Shown: positions 24,596 to 36,979, counted from the whole stretch's first letter. The stretch is 62,960 nucleotides of DNA, filler included, from Octopus bimaculoides (GCF_001194135.2; 4 parts of 4 records of this genome joined end to end with filler, not necessarily neighbours in it); one strand, 5' to 3'. Notes: generated by a model from the letters alone, not told the origin. Numbers and translations: made by a program.

Positions 24596-25394
24596 AAACC
24601 CTATAGAATATGAATGGTTTAAAGGAGCCTACATAACTGAACTTTTCTTAGATTGTTCTTTTCGTCATAAGATGGGCTCTTGCGCCTGAAATATAAAAGT
24701 TTTATTAAACTTTTAGCATTCTCAGAGGCTGTCTATTTTCTCTCTTTTTACAGTCTTCGATATTATAAACTTTCTAGCGAACTACAACGCCCCTATACAT
24801 ACATGCGTGTGTGTGTGTGACACGCACGCACACACAGAACCGTGCGTGGGTATGGATGTGGGTGTACATAATTTGATGTTCGGATCACAATAGTATATTT
24901 GTTAGTAAGTGCGTTTGCTATGCTGCCCTGGAGAAAAATTTATAAAATTGATTTGCTTCTGGCTGCTCAGAAAATGTCAAATAATTAGGCAACTAGATCA
25001 TTTTGCACCACGTAAATCTGAACGTCTGCTTTGTCAAATTTAATAAATAATGTCAGTGAAACGCCACCTTTCAGTATGTAAATTAATATCTCAGGGCTGC
25101 AGCATGAATTGTGCAGTTATTATATTTCGTATATTTGAATCACTGTAATGTACAGCATTAAATAAATATATAATAATAATACACGATGTAAAAGAAGCAA
25201 CGTATTTCAGAATGGACAAAAGAAGAAATAATAATTTATATTTTGTGTAATCGCTAAAATTATAAAAAGAAATAGTCATTTTAATTTTTGAATAAATTAT
25301 CCTTTGTACGCACCACTACCATCTCGATAAAATAATGGTGGAGATCACTCTCCTGTTGTTTAGACAATTAACAGAATTAAAGTTATTACACAAT

Positions 25395-25830
25395 TATAGA
25401 TGAAAGCGTGGCTCTATGGTTAAACGTTTCCTTACCAGCCACGTTGTTTCTGGTTCAGTCCCTCTGCATGGCAGCTTGCACAAGCGTCTATACTGATATA
25501 TGTATATGAAACATTTCACACAGGGCTGACCAATATCTTGTGAGTGGATGTGATAGATGGAGACTGAAAGAAGCCGTCATGTATATTTTTTATATGTAAA
25601 GACACACGCATATTTGTGCGTGTATTTGCCACTCCGTTTCTCCCGCATCACCGGTGGACGACTGGGGTTAGTGTATTTATGTCCCTACAGCTTAAGAGCC
25701 CGGTAAAACAGACAGTTAAAATTGGTACCAGGCTTTAAAAAAAAAGAATAGTGGGGTTTGATTCGATTCGTTAAACTTATTCAACGCGGTTCTCTACTGT
25801 GGCAGCAGTCTAATGACTGAAACAAATTAG
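25395..25830 (+). mobile_element. SINE family B copy (diverged, near full length)
   Basis: gcgtggctctatggttaa..ggttcagtccc head; gactgaaagaagccgtc; tail ...ggcagcagtctaatgactgaaacaaattag. Confidence 0.7.
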
Positions 25831-25870
25831 AGAGCTTTAATTAATAGAAGTAAAGTTATTATTGACTGTA

Positions 25871-27055
25871 CTAGCAGGACCCGTGAATATTTCACGAAAT
25901 TAACGGTAAGCTTATTGGGTTATGTGTGAAAACTTTATCCCAAAAGCCTGTGTTGTGTCTGTATTCGTAAAATAGTCACTCATCTGTTACTCATTGAAAA
26001 TTGAACGAAATTGGAATACGATGATCATTTAATGCACTTTATTTATACTCTTTATTTATGCGCAATTTTATAGACTTAATTCACAACACTCATAAAATAA
26101 ATAATCATTCTTAGTTTTCCATTTATCCAGTTAACAAAATGGAGTGGCTCTGTGGTAAGAAGCTTGCTTCACAACCACATGGTTCCGGGCTCAGTCCCAC
26201 TGAGTGGCAACTTGGGTAGATGTCTTCTACTATAACCGATAGAATAAGTACTAGGCTGAGAAAGTATAAGTTCTGTGGTCGATTTATTCGACTAAAGGCG
26301 GTGCTCCAGCATGGCTTCAGCCAAATGAATGAAACAAATAAAAGAAAATATATATTCTGTACATATGATACGACATTTAGTTAAATTGCCACGGAAATAA
26401 GCGTGAATATTTCACGGAATTCCACTTGTGCGTATGCGTTAAGTGACAGGTGATATGAAAAAGACTTAGTTCAATTTTTAAAATATACACTTTTCACTAT
26501 GCAATGACTACCGCCACCTTCACCACCATTATCTCTCTCTCTCTCTCTCCCATCTCTCGCCCCTCTTTCTCCTCCTCTCTTCTTCCTCTCCCCCTCTATA
26601 TCTTCACTACTTTCAACTAACTTTTTTTAACCACATAAAATATATTACGTTCCTCTTACCTCACATCATGGATGCTTTTCTCTCTCTCCCTCTCTCTTTT
26701 TCTTTCTCCTTTTTTCTGTCACAGTCTTCGCCTTATTACATTCCCCCTACCTCACATCATGAACGATTCTCTCTCTCTCTCTATTTTCCTCTCTCCGTCT
26801 TTTTCTCTCTTTCACTCGCTTTTTCATTCACTCTTTTTCTGTCTCACTCTTTGCCTTATCTTCTTTTCCTCTCTTCTTTTTCTTTCTCTTCTCTTTCCCT
26901 TCAGTTAACTACTTAAAAGCGTTACCTCACGGCATAGACGCTTCTCTCTCCCTCTTTTCCTCTCTCCTCTTCTTTCTCTCTTATTTTTTTCTCATCACGT
27001 GAAAGCGTTACCGACGGCCTGATTAACGAATGACAAGCAGAATTAATATAAGATG
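25871..27055 (+). mobile_element. Possible non-autonomous Helitron/Helentron-like (HINE/DINE-1-like) element with nested SINE
   Basis: Starts actagcaggacccgtgaatatttcacg; the cgtgaatatttcacg hairpin recurs near 26402; pyrimidine-rich tandem subrepeats (tacctcac...ctctctctc) 26530-27000; ends gaattaatataagat. Confidence 0.35.
26140..26345 (+). mobile_element. SINE family B copy with internal deletion
   Basis: gagtggctctgtggtaagaagcttgcttcacaaccacatggttccgggctcagtcccactg...ctccagcatggcttcagccaaatgaatgaaacaaataaaag. Confidence 0.8.
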
Positions 27056-27239
27056 TTAAACAATTTATGTGAAGCGATGCAAGTGAGCCGCAAATATTAC
27101 TATGCAGCATTTAAATACTGAAAAATATCCTTAAGTAAAACATATTCATGAATATGTTCTCAACATAACATGCGTTTAATTTACTGGGTATTAAAACCAA
27201 ATGAATACATATTGGTTTTAGATTTTCTTTTAAAGCTAG

Positions 27240-27425
27240 CATTTTCGGAGTCGGGGTACGTCTACGGCATGAACCCCAGTGTTCAACTGGTACTTCTTTT
27301 ATCAATCTCGAAATGACGAAAGCCAAGGTCGACCTCGGAGGGATTTTAAATTCAGAGCGTAATGACGTATGACATTCCTTAGAGTATTTTTCGCGGCGAG
27401 TTAACGATTGTACTAGCTGGCCGCT
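27240..27425 (-). mobile_element. SINE family A copy (diverged)
   Basis: ccccagtgttcaactggtactt...aaagccaaggtcgacctcggagggatttt..ctagctggccgc. Confidence 0.65.
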
Positions 27426-27729
27426 TCAACACAGGGATACATGTTAATTATCCACAAAATTTGTTGCTGCTAAACAAGTGATAGATTTTGTTAGAAAAGA
27501 AAACGTAAGATCAAATCATTGATTACAATGTTCTCTAAACCGATAATGAAATTCCGATTTGTCAAAGTTTCAGCACGGTTATGTGAGACCTAAAGTTAGG
27601 AAGTGGAATATGCTGAGAAAATGAGACAGAGAGAAGTATTCATAATTTAAATAACAGCTAGACCGTGGTCAATGTAAACTTATTCTGTGTAAAGACCTCA
27701 TAAGTAATGGGATAGTAATTATTTCTAAT

Positions 27730-27910
27730 TTTGGCAGATGACAGAAAACTTAAGAGGAGTGGATTACATCAGCCCCAGCACTAGCCTGTTACTTTACTTA
27801 TCGTCTTCGAAAGGATGAAAAGCAAAGCTGACCTTGGTGTTATTCGGATTCATTATGTAAAGAGCCGCAAAAACGTCGCTAAATAGTTTGTTTGAGTGTG
27901 TTAACAATTC
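27730..27910 (-). mobile_element. SINE family A copy (highly diverged)
   Basis: ttcgaaaggatgaaaagcaaagctgaccttgg central-domain reverse complement. Confidence 0.55.
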
Positions 27911-28084
27911 ACCAGCAGATAGCTATTTAAGGAATAGTCTATTAAAGGAAGGGGAATGGGAAGGAAAAAAGAGAGAAAACTTTTGCGTTGTTCTGGTTTT
28001 TCTATTGATATTTCCAATACATGAAATATGAGCATATCATTCCTTAACTTACAAATGTTGGGAGAGAACTAAACGCAAAAACAG

Positions 28085-28990
28085 TCTTGATGTCTTTTGC
28101 TATCTTTGTGGCTGTTAGACTCTATCTGGGCTGCAAAACAAAATCATAGATTTTGTGAAGAATGCTTACCATACTTTGGCATGAAACAGGGTGATCAAGA
28201 CAAATCCTTAGTACCTCATGTAATGTGTAAAACAGGTGTTGTAACACTAAGACATTGAGCGTTTCAAAGACTTCAGTAGAAAGGCAGCAGCTTTGTTTTG
28301 TAAGAAAATTAAGGTTGGTGTGTTTGATGAACCAAAGATTTAGTGGTTGTTGCAGGACGAGCAGTAATCGTAGATCATATCTGGCATTGTAAAAGAAGCA
28401 TGTAATGCTTTTGCAGCAGGTATGTCTAATTTCTGGGAAACAGAAAGTTATCAATTAATGAAGAACTTGTGCAGACGCTGTCAACCAGTTTTCGATGGCT
28501 AGGCTGCAACATTAATTTAAAAAGGCATTTCCTGCACAGTTATATGGAACCCTCCCCAGAAAATCATAGTGAAATATGTGATGATCAAAGAAGTAGATTT
28601 CACCAGGATATTGAGACCATGGAGACTAAATATCAAGGCAGGTAGAACACAAGTATAATGACTGACCAATGCTGGCCCCTGAAAATAGATTGTCTTGATG
28701 TAAATTATTCACGGAATGCAACAAACAGAAACTTCATTTCTTGAGTAGCTGAATCTAAGATAAATAATTAAACATTCCTTAAACAATAAAAAGTACTATT
28801 TGGTCTGTGTTAGTTTCTAATTTCAGTATTACATTTAATGACAAAATGGACATTTTTGTTTTGTACAATTCCTGTTTAACAAAGACTTGACATGATAGAA
28901 TATTTCTAGGGAATTTCAGTGTTCACCAGCATGAAATTACCTAGGATTAATTGTAAAAATTGTAGACGCAAAACGACAGAAAATATTTTC
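28085..28990 (+). mobile_element. Internally deleted Chapaev3-like (CMC superfamily) DNA transposon
   Basis: Frameshifted N-terminal CYLCG..DFVKNAYH.YFGMKQGDQDKSLVPHVMCKT joined to KVGVFDEPKI and C-terminal PENHSEICDDQRSRFHQDIETMETKYQGR*NTSIMTDQCWPLK. Protein motifs are clear; superfamily name is from recalled Chapa-domain pattern. Confidence 0.75.
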
Positions 28991-29226
28991 GAAAATGTTC
29001 TGCAAAGTTATCAGTAAAATGATAAAAGCAGCTAACCAGCTCTATTACTTACGGACATACAATCCAATTGTGCTTATTCAGAGAGTAAGCTGTAGATAAA
29101 CAGTTTGACGCAATAGAAGAAAAACGAATATTGTTCGAAATGAGCATATGCCAGTTTTAGTCGAAAATCAAGTAAAAAGGCAAACTCAAGAGAAATTATG
29201 TTCAAATTTTTTCCCCTGTGTAATGA

Positions 29227-30129
29227 TCACATGTTCTGTTCTAAATGGTATACATCATATCTCTTTGGTATTTCCTTTTTCAGACAAATTGACATCAAAT
29301 TCCCACGAAAAATCTTGCTTGATGTGAAATATAGTATAAAGTTAATACAATTATTAACCATAGAAAACACGTCTAATAAAAGTAAAGTTCCATTAAACGT
29401 GCAATATTTCAGTATTATTACATATGAGTAAATAGTTATAGGAAATTTTGTCAACAAAAATACAACATTTATAGAAATAACAATGTACATTATATTCCTG
29501 TTGTGCGTGGTAACATTTTTGTGACGTTGTTGTCCGAGCTGTGGTCGATTTTGTAATATATAAATGAAGATAACCGAGCTTATAATTAAAAATACGGCTG
29601 GTATAAATGAGTAAATAGTTATTGAAAACAGGTACATATATAACAGATTCTGTATAATGTATGCTGCGCAGAAGAACACTATAGATACACACAGAAGAAG
29701 AATAAACAACACAAGTTTTGGAATATATTCTTTCGTAGAAAGATGCCGTGAAAATGGACAGCAAACAGCTAAGAGGCGTTCAGCAGAAATAGCGATGATT
29801 ATCCAAGAGGAGTAGATAGTTGTAATAAGAGTCAGACATATGAACGTTTCAGAGTTTAAGAAGGTAACATTCGTGTTTCGAGATTTCCAATAATAGGATA
29901 ACCAAATAAAACGTGGAAAATTCATCCAGTCCGCAATTAAATCCACAAAAAGAAGCGTCAAAAGGTATGTAGTGATTTTAGATCGAGGCACTGCATTTAT
30001 GCAAAATGTACTAATAGCTATTAAGTTACCAAGAGTTCCAAATGTCAATAATATTACGGAACTATAGCGTATAGTTTTAAGGACAACAATACTTGTATTT
30101 GTCAAGCTCAAGTTGCAACTAACCATCAT
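29227..30129 (-). CDS. Intronless class A (rhodopsin-like) orphan GPCR, 300 aa, resembling lophotrochozoan FMRFamide/peptide-receptor-like (Srw-type) receptors
   Basis: Intact ATG-to-stop ORF with 7 hydrophobic segments. TM1 FGTLGNLIAI (GN), TM2 LLFVDL (D2.50), TM3 SSWIIIAISAERLLAVCCPF (E-R-L variant of DRY), TM6 VFLLTKFP, TM7 VNNCINFILYFTSSKIFR (NFxLY plus helix 8). N-terminal sequons NLS and NTS. Confidence 0.93.
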   Translation of the reverse strand: MMVSCNLSLTNTSIVVLKTIRYSSVILLTFGTLGNLIAISTFCINAVPRSKITTYLLTLLFVDLIADWMNFPRFIWLSYYWKSRNTNVTFLNSETFICLTLITTIYSSWIIIAISAERLLAVCCPFSRHLSTKEYIPKLVLFILLLCVSIVFFCAAYIIQNLLYMYLFSITIYSFIPAVFLIISSVIFIYILQNRPQLGQQRHKNVTTHNRNIMYIVISINVVFLLTKFPITIYSYVIILKYCTFNGTLLLLDVFSMVNNCINFILYFTSSKIFRGNLMSICLKKEIPKRYDVYHLEQNM

Positions 30130-30416
30130 GTCTTGTGTTAAATTTTTTTTTGTCGATATAATATATAAAGAAATAGTGTAAGATTGATAAAATGTAAGTT
30201 AACGAATATGGGAAAAGACAATTTTGGTCTCAGTGATTTCAGTTGCCGTACATAATTCTCATGTTACACATTGGCAATTTCATTAGTTTTCTTTGGTAAG
30301 TACAATTCACATACATGCCATACTTTCTCCGTTATGCGTAAACATAATAAGATATATATATATATACATATACGCATATATAAGATACATGTGTGTGTAA
30401 GGCTATGTTTATTTGT

Positions 30417-30451
<35 letters not shown>

Positions 30452-30577
30452 NNNNNNNNNNNNNNNNNNNNNNNNNNNNNNNNNNNNNNNNNNNNNNNNN
30501 NNNNNNNNNNNNNNNNNNNNNNNNNNNNNNNNNNNNNNNNNNNNNNNNNNNNNNNNNNNNNNNNNNNNNNNNNNNNN

Positions 30578-30623
<46 letters not shown>

Positions 30624-32158
30624 AGTTCGTGTGTGCGTATGATATGCAACTGTAGTTGTTTTCGAGTTTTCAAATATTATCACTTGAAAAAGATTACATT
30701 CGCATATACGAATGACATTTCAGAAATAAGATGAAAATTCTCGCTTCTCATTGTGTTTTAACTATTTTCGATATTTTAAAAAGACACGTAAATTGCTGCG
30801 GTGTAGTTTTCTAATTATCTCGTAAACCTTTTGCTAAACAAAAATTTAGGAGTTTGAAAAGGAATATTTGTATGTGAATCGAAGTTTACTCCATTCCCAT
30901 CTGTGTAGAAGGTTTGAAGTGTAGATATTCGACAGAATACTGATGCTGTAGATACATTTTCCGCCAGCTGCTTAGGAATATTAAATCATTGTAATGTTGG
31001 AGCCACTATTCTGTAGCAGATATACATAATCACGATTATATATAAGTAATATAAGTAATGAAGACAAAGACAGCATTATATATTATCCTGACGGCGATGA
31101 TGATTTGTGTACAAATACAGTTATATGATTAATCAATAAATGTTCCAATTTTTCGCTCATGATTTGAATAAATATTGTCACAAGGTGGAGCTGACTCGTG
31201 TTATAAAGTAGTTAGCATTATAGTGTAATCTTACATTAAATTACTGCATGTCAACTGTCAATGAACGAAAGCATTAACGTATTAAATTCTATTCGTGTAC
31301 CGACAACAACACATAATTCTGCACATTCTATATAATGGGTTTGCGTTGAATATCGTAAAAGTTCGTTCAGCGATAGCAGTGATTAAACGTATATGTGTGA
31401 GTGTATATATATATATATATANNNNNNNNNNNNNNNNNNNNNNNNNNNNNNNNNNNNNNNNNNNNNNNNNNNNNNNNNNNNNNNNNNNNNNNNNNNNNNN
31501 NNNNNNNNNNNNNNNNNNNNNNNNNNNNNNNNNNNNNNNNNNNNNNNNNNNNNNNNNNNNNNNNNNNNNNNNNNNNNNNNNNNNNNNNNNNNNNNNNNNN
31601 NNNNNNNNNNNNNNNNNNNNNNNNNNNNNNNNNNNNNNNNCACACATACACAATTCTTTAGCAAGAGCAGCATTGACAGTGATTTTCGGCCTGTAATATA
31701 TTTGAGTTTATCTTATGTAATTTCTGCTGAGTTTAAATATTCTATGGAATGTGGAGCTGTATTGAATTATCATTATGTTGTAGTATACGTTATGATGGAA
31801 AGATATTTTGGAAGATTTCTATTGATGAAATTTGGAGTAGTGTTAAGTGTTCAGATTTCAGCCATGCATAATCTTTAATCAGATGTGGGCGGAACCGTTT
31901 TTAGAAGTTTCACAAGAGAAAATAGTTTGGAAAAAGATTAATTGGTCAGCAGATATGCCACTAGGCGAATTTGTTATTTTTGTTTGGGGAGTAATAGAAA
32001 ATGAACATTGTTGTTTTTGGAGATGTGGATGTTACAGTTCAGTCAAGTATTTAATACTTTCTAACCAGGTTCGTTTATTTAGGTGTGTCGTCTGCTAGGT
32101 AATTGACACTTAAATGGTTTCCATAAGAATGAGTATAGCTGGAATGGGAATAGGTTAT

Positions 32159-32520
32159 TTGAAGGCGGCGAGGTGGCAGACACATTAGGACAACTTTGCT
32201 TCTCATCCTTTCGGTGTCGATAAATTAAGTACCAGTAGTGCACTGTGGTCGATCTAATCCAAAAATTTCGAGCCTTGCGCCTAGAGTAGAAAAGAATATT
32301 TAAAGGCGGTGAGCTGGCAGAAACGTTAGCATTCCGGACGAAGTGCTTAGTGGTAATTCACCCGTCACCACGTTCTGAGTTCAAATTCCGCGGAGGGCAA
32401 CTTTGCCTTTCATCAATCATTTCGGGGTCGATAAATTAAGTACCAGTTGCGTACTGGGGTGGATCAAAGCGACTAGTCCCTGCTCAAAAAATTCGGGCCT
32501 TGTGCCTATAGTAGATAGGG
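32159..32520 (+). mobile_element. Two tandem SINE family A copies (first internally deleted)
   Basis: gaaggcggcgaggtggcagac.. and aaggcggtgagctggcagaaacgttagc.. each ending gccttg(t/c)gccta(t/g)agtaga. Confidence 0.82.
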
Positions 32521-32829
32521 AATAGGTTATTTTCCCAGCAGATTTCTTTACTTGTCGTTGGTGTTGCTTAGACGATTTAATCTGTTTGTTTGGGAACACG
32601 TGGGGATCAATCATATAAGGCTTTAATGGGTCGTGCTGATATAAGTGATATTGTTTGCACAGAAGCTTGTAATGTTCCCAAAATAAAGTAAACAGCAGCA
32701 AAGATTAGTTGGACAGCGGACTTCTCATTAAAATTTAATTGTTCTTGATTTTATTTGAGTTCTATTTCGAAAATTTTACCTCTGTGATTCAGTGAGATAA
32801 AGGTTGTGGGTTACCTCCTTAAACGTTGT

Positions 32830-33050
32830 GTGTTACTTCCTATTTATCTCTTATTTCTGTCATCAGATTGCGGCCATGCTGTAGTAGTGCCCTGCCTGAC
32901 CAATTTTAGTCGAACGAATCGACCCAGTGCTTTTGTGTTTAGGGCTGATACTATTCTGGTCGTTCTCCTTTGATGAACCGTTAATTTCCGGAGTCGTAAA
33001 CATACAAAGGCCGCTTGGCAAGTGGTGGTAAGGGACAAACATAAAGAGAC
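32830..33050 (-). mobile_element. SINE family B tail fragment
   Basis: tcagattgcggccatgctg..gaatcgaccccagt..gtggtggtaagggacaaac. Confidence 0.6.
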
Positions 33051-33051
33051 A

Positions 33052-33085
<34 letters not shown>

Positions 33086-33185
33086 NNNNNNNNNNNNNNN
33101 NNNNNNNNNNNNNNNNNNNNNNNNNNNNNTTAATTAATTAANNNNNNNNNNNNNNNNNNNNNNNNNNNNNNNNNNNNNNNNNNNN

Positions 33186-33223
<38 letters not shown>

Positions 33224-33569
33224 GTATTCATGTTATTGATAACAGTAGTTATGAGCTACAGGTAAATTCTCCATGTTTAAGAGCTGAATATGGAAAGTAT
33301 CCTCTATAGGAGTCTCCTCATTGTGAACAATAGCTGAATGTTATATATGTAACTTTGAATTTATTGCTAATAGTAACAATGTATTGATGTAACTAATTTA
33401 ATCTTAACAAGAAAGCAATGTTATCAAATCAGTGTAAGTAAAAATATGTCTGCTCTTGTTATTATGAATGCTTCAAGTATATTTTTTAAATACATGACAG
33501 TTGTTATAGACAGATTCTTTATAAATGTAGAAAAATTATTACTGCTGTGCCAATATTGGCTTCAAATGT

Positions 33570-33702
33570 TTGGCAGAAGAACATCATTTCCGGAGAAGGC
33601 GGTAAATCGATTACATCAATCGATCTCAGTGGTACATATCGATCCCGAAAGGATGAGAAGCGAAGTCCACCTCGGCGGAGTTTGAACTCAGAACGTAAAG
33701 AC
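33570..33702 (-). mobile_element. SINE family A central fragment
   Basis: gatcccgaaaggatgagaagcgaagtccacctcggcggagtttgaactcagaacgtaaag. Confidence 0.75.
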
Positions 33703-33804
33703 TGTATCATTTTTAACATGTGCAAGATTTTTGAAGAATTGCCTATTATATATATCGTTCTGTTCAATAGTGTAAGTTCTAATATTCATAATAATTATGT
33801 AGTC

Positions 33805-34240
33805 CAAGAACACACTTCCTTCCATGTGAGTATGACCGGAAAATCTCGCTATTACAGTTTAGATAGGTGTTTAGGTGAAGAAAGTTCTTTAGCATAGTTC
33901 TTCTCTCCTTCAAGCACAGCTTGTACCCTGCATCTCTGACTTTTATTGAAATAAGGCTTGCACCGCTCCAGTATTCTCCACTTGATGTCGCAATCCATCG
34001 CACTTTCTTTCAATGACCATATATGCCTAGCTAGGGCTGTGAGGTGAGATCATCTGGACGTGTTGTCGTTAAATCTGGCCTTGAAGGGAACTTCCGTGAT
34101 GCACACATATTTCCACACATTCATTCAATCGCTAGGGTTCTGTGAAATTACATCTACCTCATATACAATAGTCTCTGTGCTGTTCTGGTTGTTAAATGGA
34201 CATGTGGTATTGCTTCTGCATGAAAATCCTACACCTGTAG
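33805..34240 (-). mobile_element. Penelope-like element 3' fragment, GIY-YIG endonuclease
   Basis: FSCRSNTTCPFN...IVYEVDV...KYVCITEVPFKARFN...LARHIWSLKE...IKWRILERCKPYFNK..CxLCLKE..LN.NSEI..SHGRK. Confidence 0.82.
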
Positions 34241-34344
34241 GCCTACCTGCTAATATTTCTTTATACTAGGTGCACAACACTCACACACCGAATGTGTCAC
34301 TTCCTGACTTCCATTAGCAGAGAGCTGACTTCTTGATTTTCATA

Positions 34345-34420
34345 CAAGCTCTTCTGATGAGAGCTGGCTTTGTGTTCTCTAACTTGTGAGCGAAACCGAT
34401 TGGTCAAATCGGTTGAAATG
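34345..34420 (+). ncRNA. Type I hammerhead ribozyme-like motif in an inverted Penelope pLTR
   Basis: CTGATGA (34354-34360) g...c GAAA (34392-34395); 7-bp stem III accgatt/aatcggt; GUU triplet. Stem I weak, stem II imperfect. Confidence 0.45.
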
Positions 34421-34480
34421 GATTTATAATACTGTAGTGTATAAATATCAATATACCTACACTTTTCACAAAAAAATACG

Positions 34481-34546
<66 letters not shown>

Positions 34547-35072
34547 GAAAGGTCTACAAACAAACACTTTCCTCTCTGGTCAGTCCCTCGTCAACTTTTT
34601 CAAGTACCACTTGAAAAGGAGGATGAGGACAGAGAGGAAAGTGTTGTCGAATGAAAGTTTCAATAAAAAATGGGTAAATGTGGCAAGAATGGTAAGAATG
34701 AAAGACGACACCATTTTAAGCATAGACTTGTAACAAAAAGAGACAAAAAGAGAGAAGGTACTTACTTTCATGTACCTTTAAAAAAAAAGCCTGAGGTGAC
34801 CGTGGTCTTTTCCGTAGGCTTTTCTCTCCANNNNNNNNNNNNNNNNNNNNNNNNNNNNNNNNNNNNNNNNNNNNNNNNNNNNNNNNNNNNNNNNNNNNNN
34901 NNNNNNNNNNNNNNNNNNNNNNNNNNNNNNNNNNNNNNNNNNNNNNNNNNNNNNNNNNNNNNNNNNNNNNNNNNNNNNNNNNNNNNNNNNNNNNNNNNNN
35001 NNNNNNNNNNNNNNNNNNNNNNNNNNNNNNNNNNNNNNNNNNNNNNNNNNNNNNNNNNNNNNNNNNNNNNNN

Positions 35073-35375
<303 letters not shown>

Positions 35376-36331
35376 ATATCTGCTCTTACTCATTTTTCGT
35401 ATTTATGCACATACAGCACTTGATGTAAAACTATGAAGTTTCTTTTGTACAAGATGGTATTCAAGTTTCACTATTTTATAGGTAATGGCTAGTATCTTCC
35501 AGCCGAACTGATCCAAATTTGGTTTGGTGTCAGAGATTTGTAGGTAGTCAAAATTAGCAAGAGTAGTAGAAATTTGCAAGAAATACAATCAGCATAAAAA
35601 ATAAGCGAAATTAGTAGCAATCTGTATAATTAGCAGAAATTTGTAGAAAGAAATAAATACGAACATAATTAGCAAACTTAATTGGTAAAATAAATAATAA
35701 TTAGCAAAACAGTTAAAATAATGAATTTAGAAAAATGATAATAGTTTACAATAATGAAAATTTAATAATTAGTTACGATTTTTACTTGGTGATAAAGTTT
35801 TCTCTGTCAGTTCCCTAATGTCCCTTGTGTCTCGTAATATTCAAATATACTTTTTCAGAATAATGGATAGTGAACGTATTTAACCCTGTTGTAGAGCTGA
35901 TATTTCAGTTTTATTTTACGTACTAAGTTCATAAGTTAACTACCCAGCTATGTTCGTCCGTTCAGTCAATTTACAATTCGATATACATTGATACATGTAG
36001 GTGCATAAAAGCTGGATTTTAGGCTTATTTGTATGAACACATGACATAGTCTCATCTGCAGTCTTTAATGTATAGCGCGACTTTTTCCCATTTTGAAATT
36101 TCTTATTCGTGTCTGTAGAAATACATTTCAATTTGGTTGCTTTTAGATTTTTGGTTAACGATTAATAAAACTGGCTTCATTTGAAAATACAAATTATTTA
36201 TGGGGTTGTTTAAACCTGATACTTTCAGTATTTCTACGATTGATGTTATTTGTTGTAAATTATTAAACGTATTTCAGCTTGGTGTTGAAGCTATTGACAG
36301 ACAGGATTGACTAAAGCCGTTTTAATTTTCT

Positions 36332-36430
36332 GGAAATTCTGTCTCGGTCAAGAAATCCGAAGACAAAATTTCAATGTCCCCAAAGGTCTCTATAGTGGAG
36401 CAGAAATTTCAAAACTGGTTTGATTACACG
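36332..36430 (+). mobile_element. Penelope-like RT fragment
   Basis: VKKSEDK-FNVPKGLYSGAEISKLV resembles the PLE RT motif FDVxMGSYDGAE(I/V)CELVG. Confidence 0.5.
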
Positions 36431-36579
36431 TAATGAAGATACTGTAAAAGAGAACAAAATCCATTTGCATTAACATATGACTTTCCAGAGATGACAGACT
36501 CGTAGCCACTCACAATATGAATGTTCGCAGCACCAACGATTTCTGAAAATATTTGTCATTAGCTATAAAGATTGTAAAT

Positions 36580-36935
36580 ATTGGCGCAGTTGTGATTGTA
36601 TGGGAAAAAGTTTGCGTGGCACGTAGGAAAGCCCGCCTACTATAGCCTAGGGCCTACCAAAGCCTTGTAAGTGGATTTGGTAACGGAAACAGAAAGGAGT
36701 CCGTTGTATATATATATATATATGTAGGGGAGGGGTGTTTGTGCTTGTTTTTGTTCACCAACATCGTATGACAATCGGCTTTGGTCTGTTTACGTCCCCG
36801 AAACTTAGTGCTTCGACAAAAGTGACGGATAGAATAACTACTAGTCTATGTCCTGGAGTCGAGTTCTTCGACAAAACCCTTCGAGGCAGCGTTCCAGCAT
36901 GACGCAGGCCAATGGCTGAAACAAAAAAAAAACAG
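36580..36935 (+). mobile_element. SINE family B copy
   Basis: ggcgcagttgtgattg.. head, ccaaagccttgtaagtggatttggtaacggaaac, tail gcgttccagcatgacgcaggccaatggctgaaac. Confidence 0.72.
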
Positions 36936-36979
36936 ATAAAAGGTGAAAGAATCACAAATCTAAATCAGACTGTTACTTG

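Noticed and set aside
29227-30129. Idea that the GPCR is nested in an SLCO intron
   Set aside because: The SLCO exon at 61 kb is terminal and on the minus strand, so the gene body lies to the right of the window; the GPCR is ~31 kb downstream.
31282-31400. TAIAERTFTIF, resembling GPCR TM3 near the real GPCR
   Set aside because: Eleven residues only, preceded by a microsatellite and gap and followed by a stop; no other TM motifs in register, so no second paralogue is supported.
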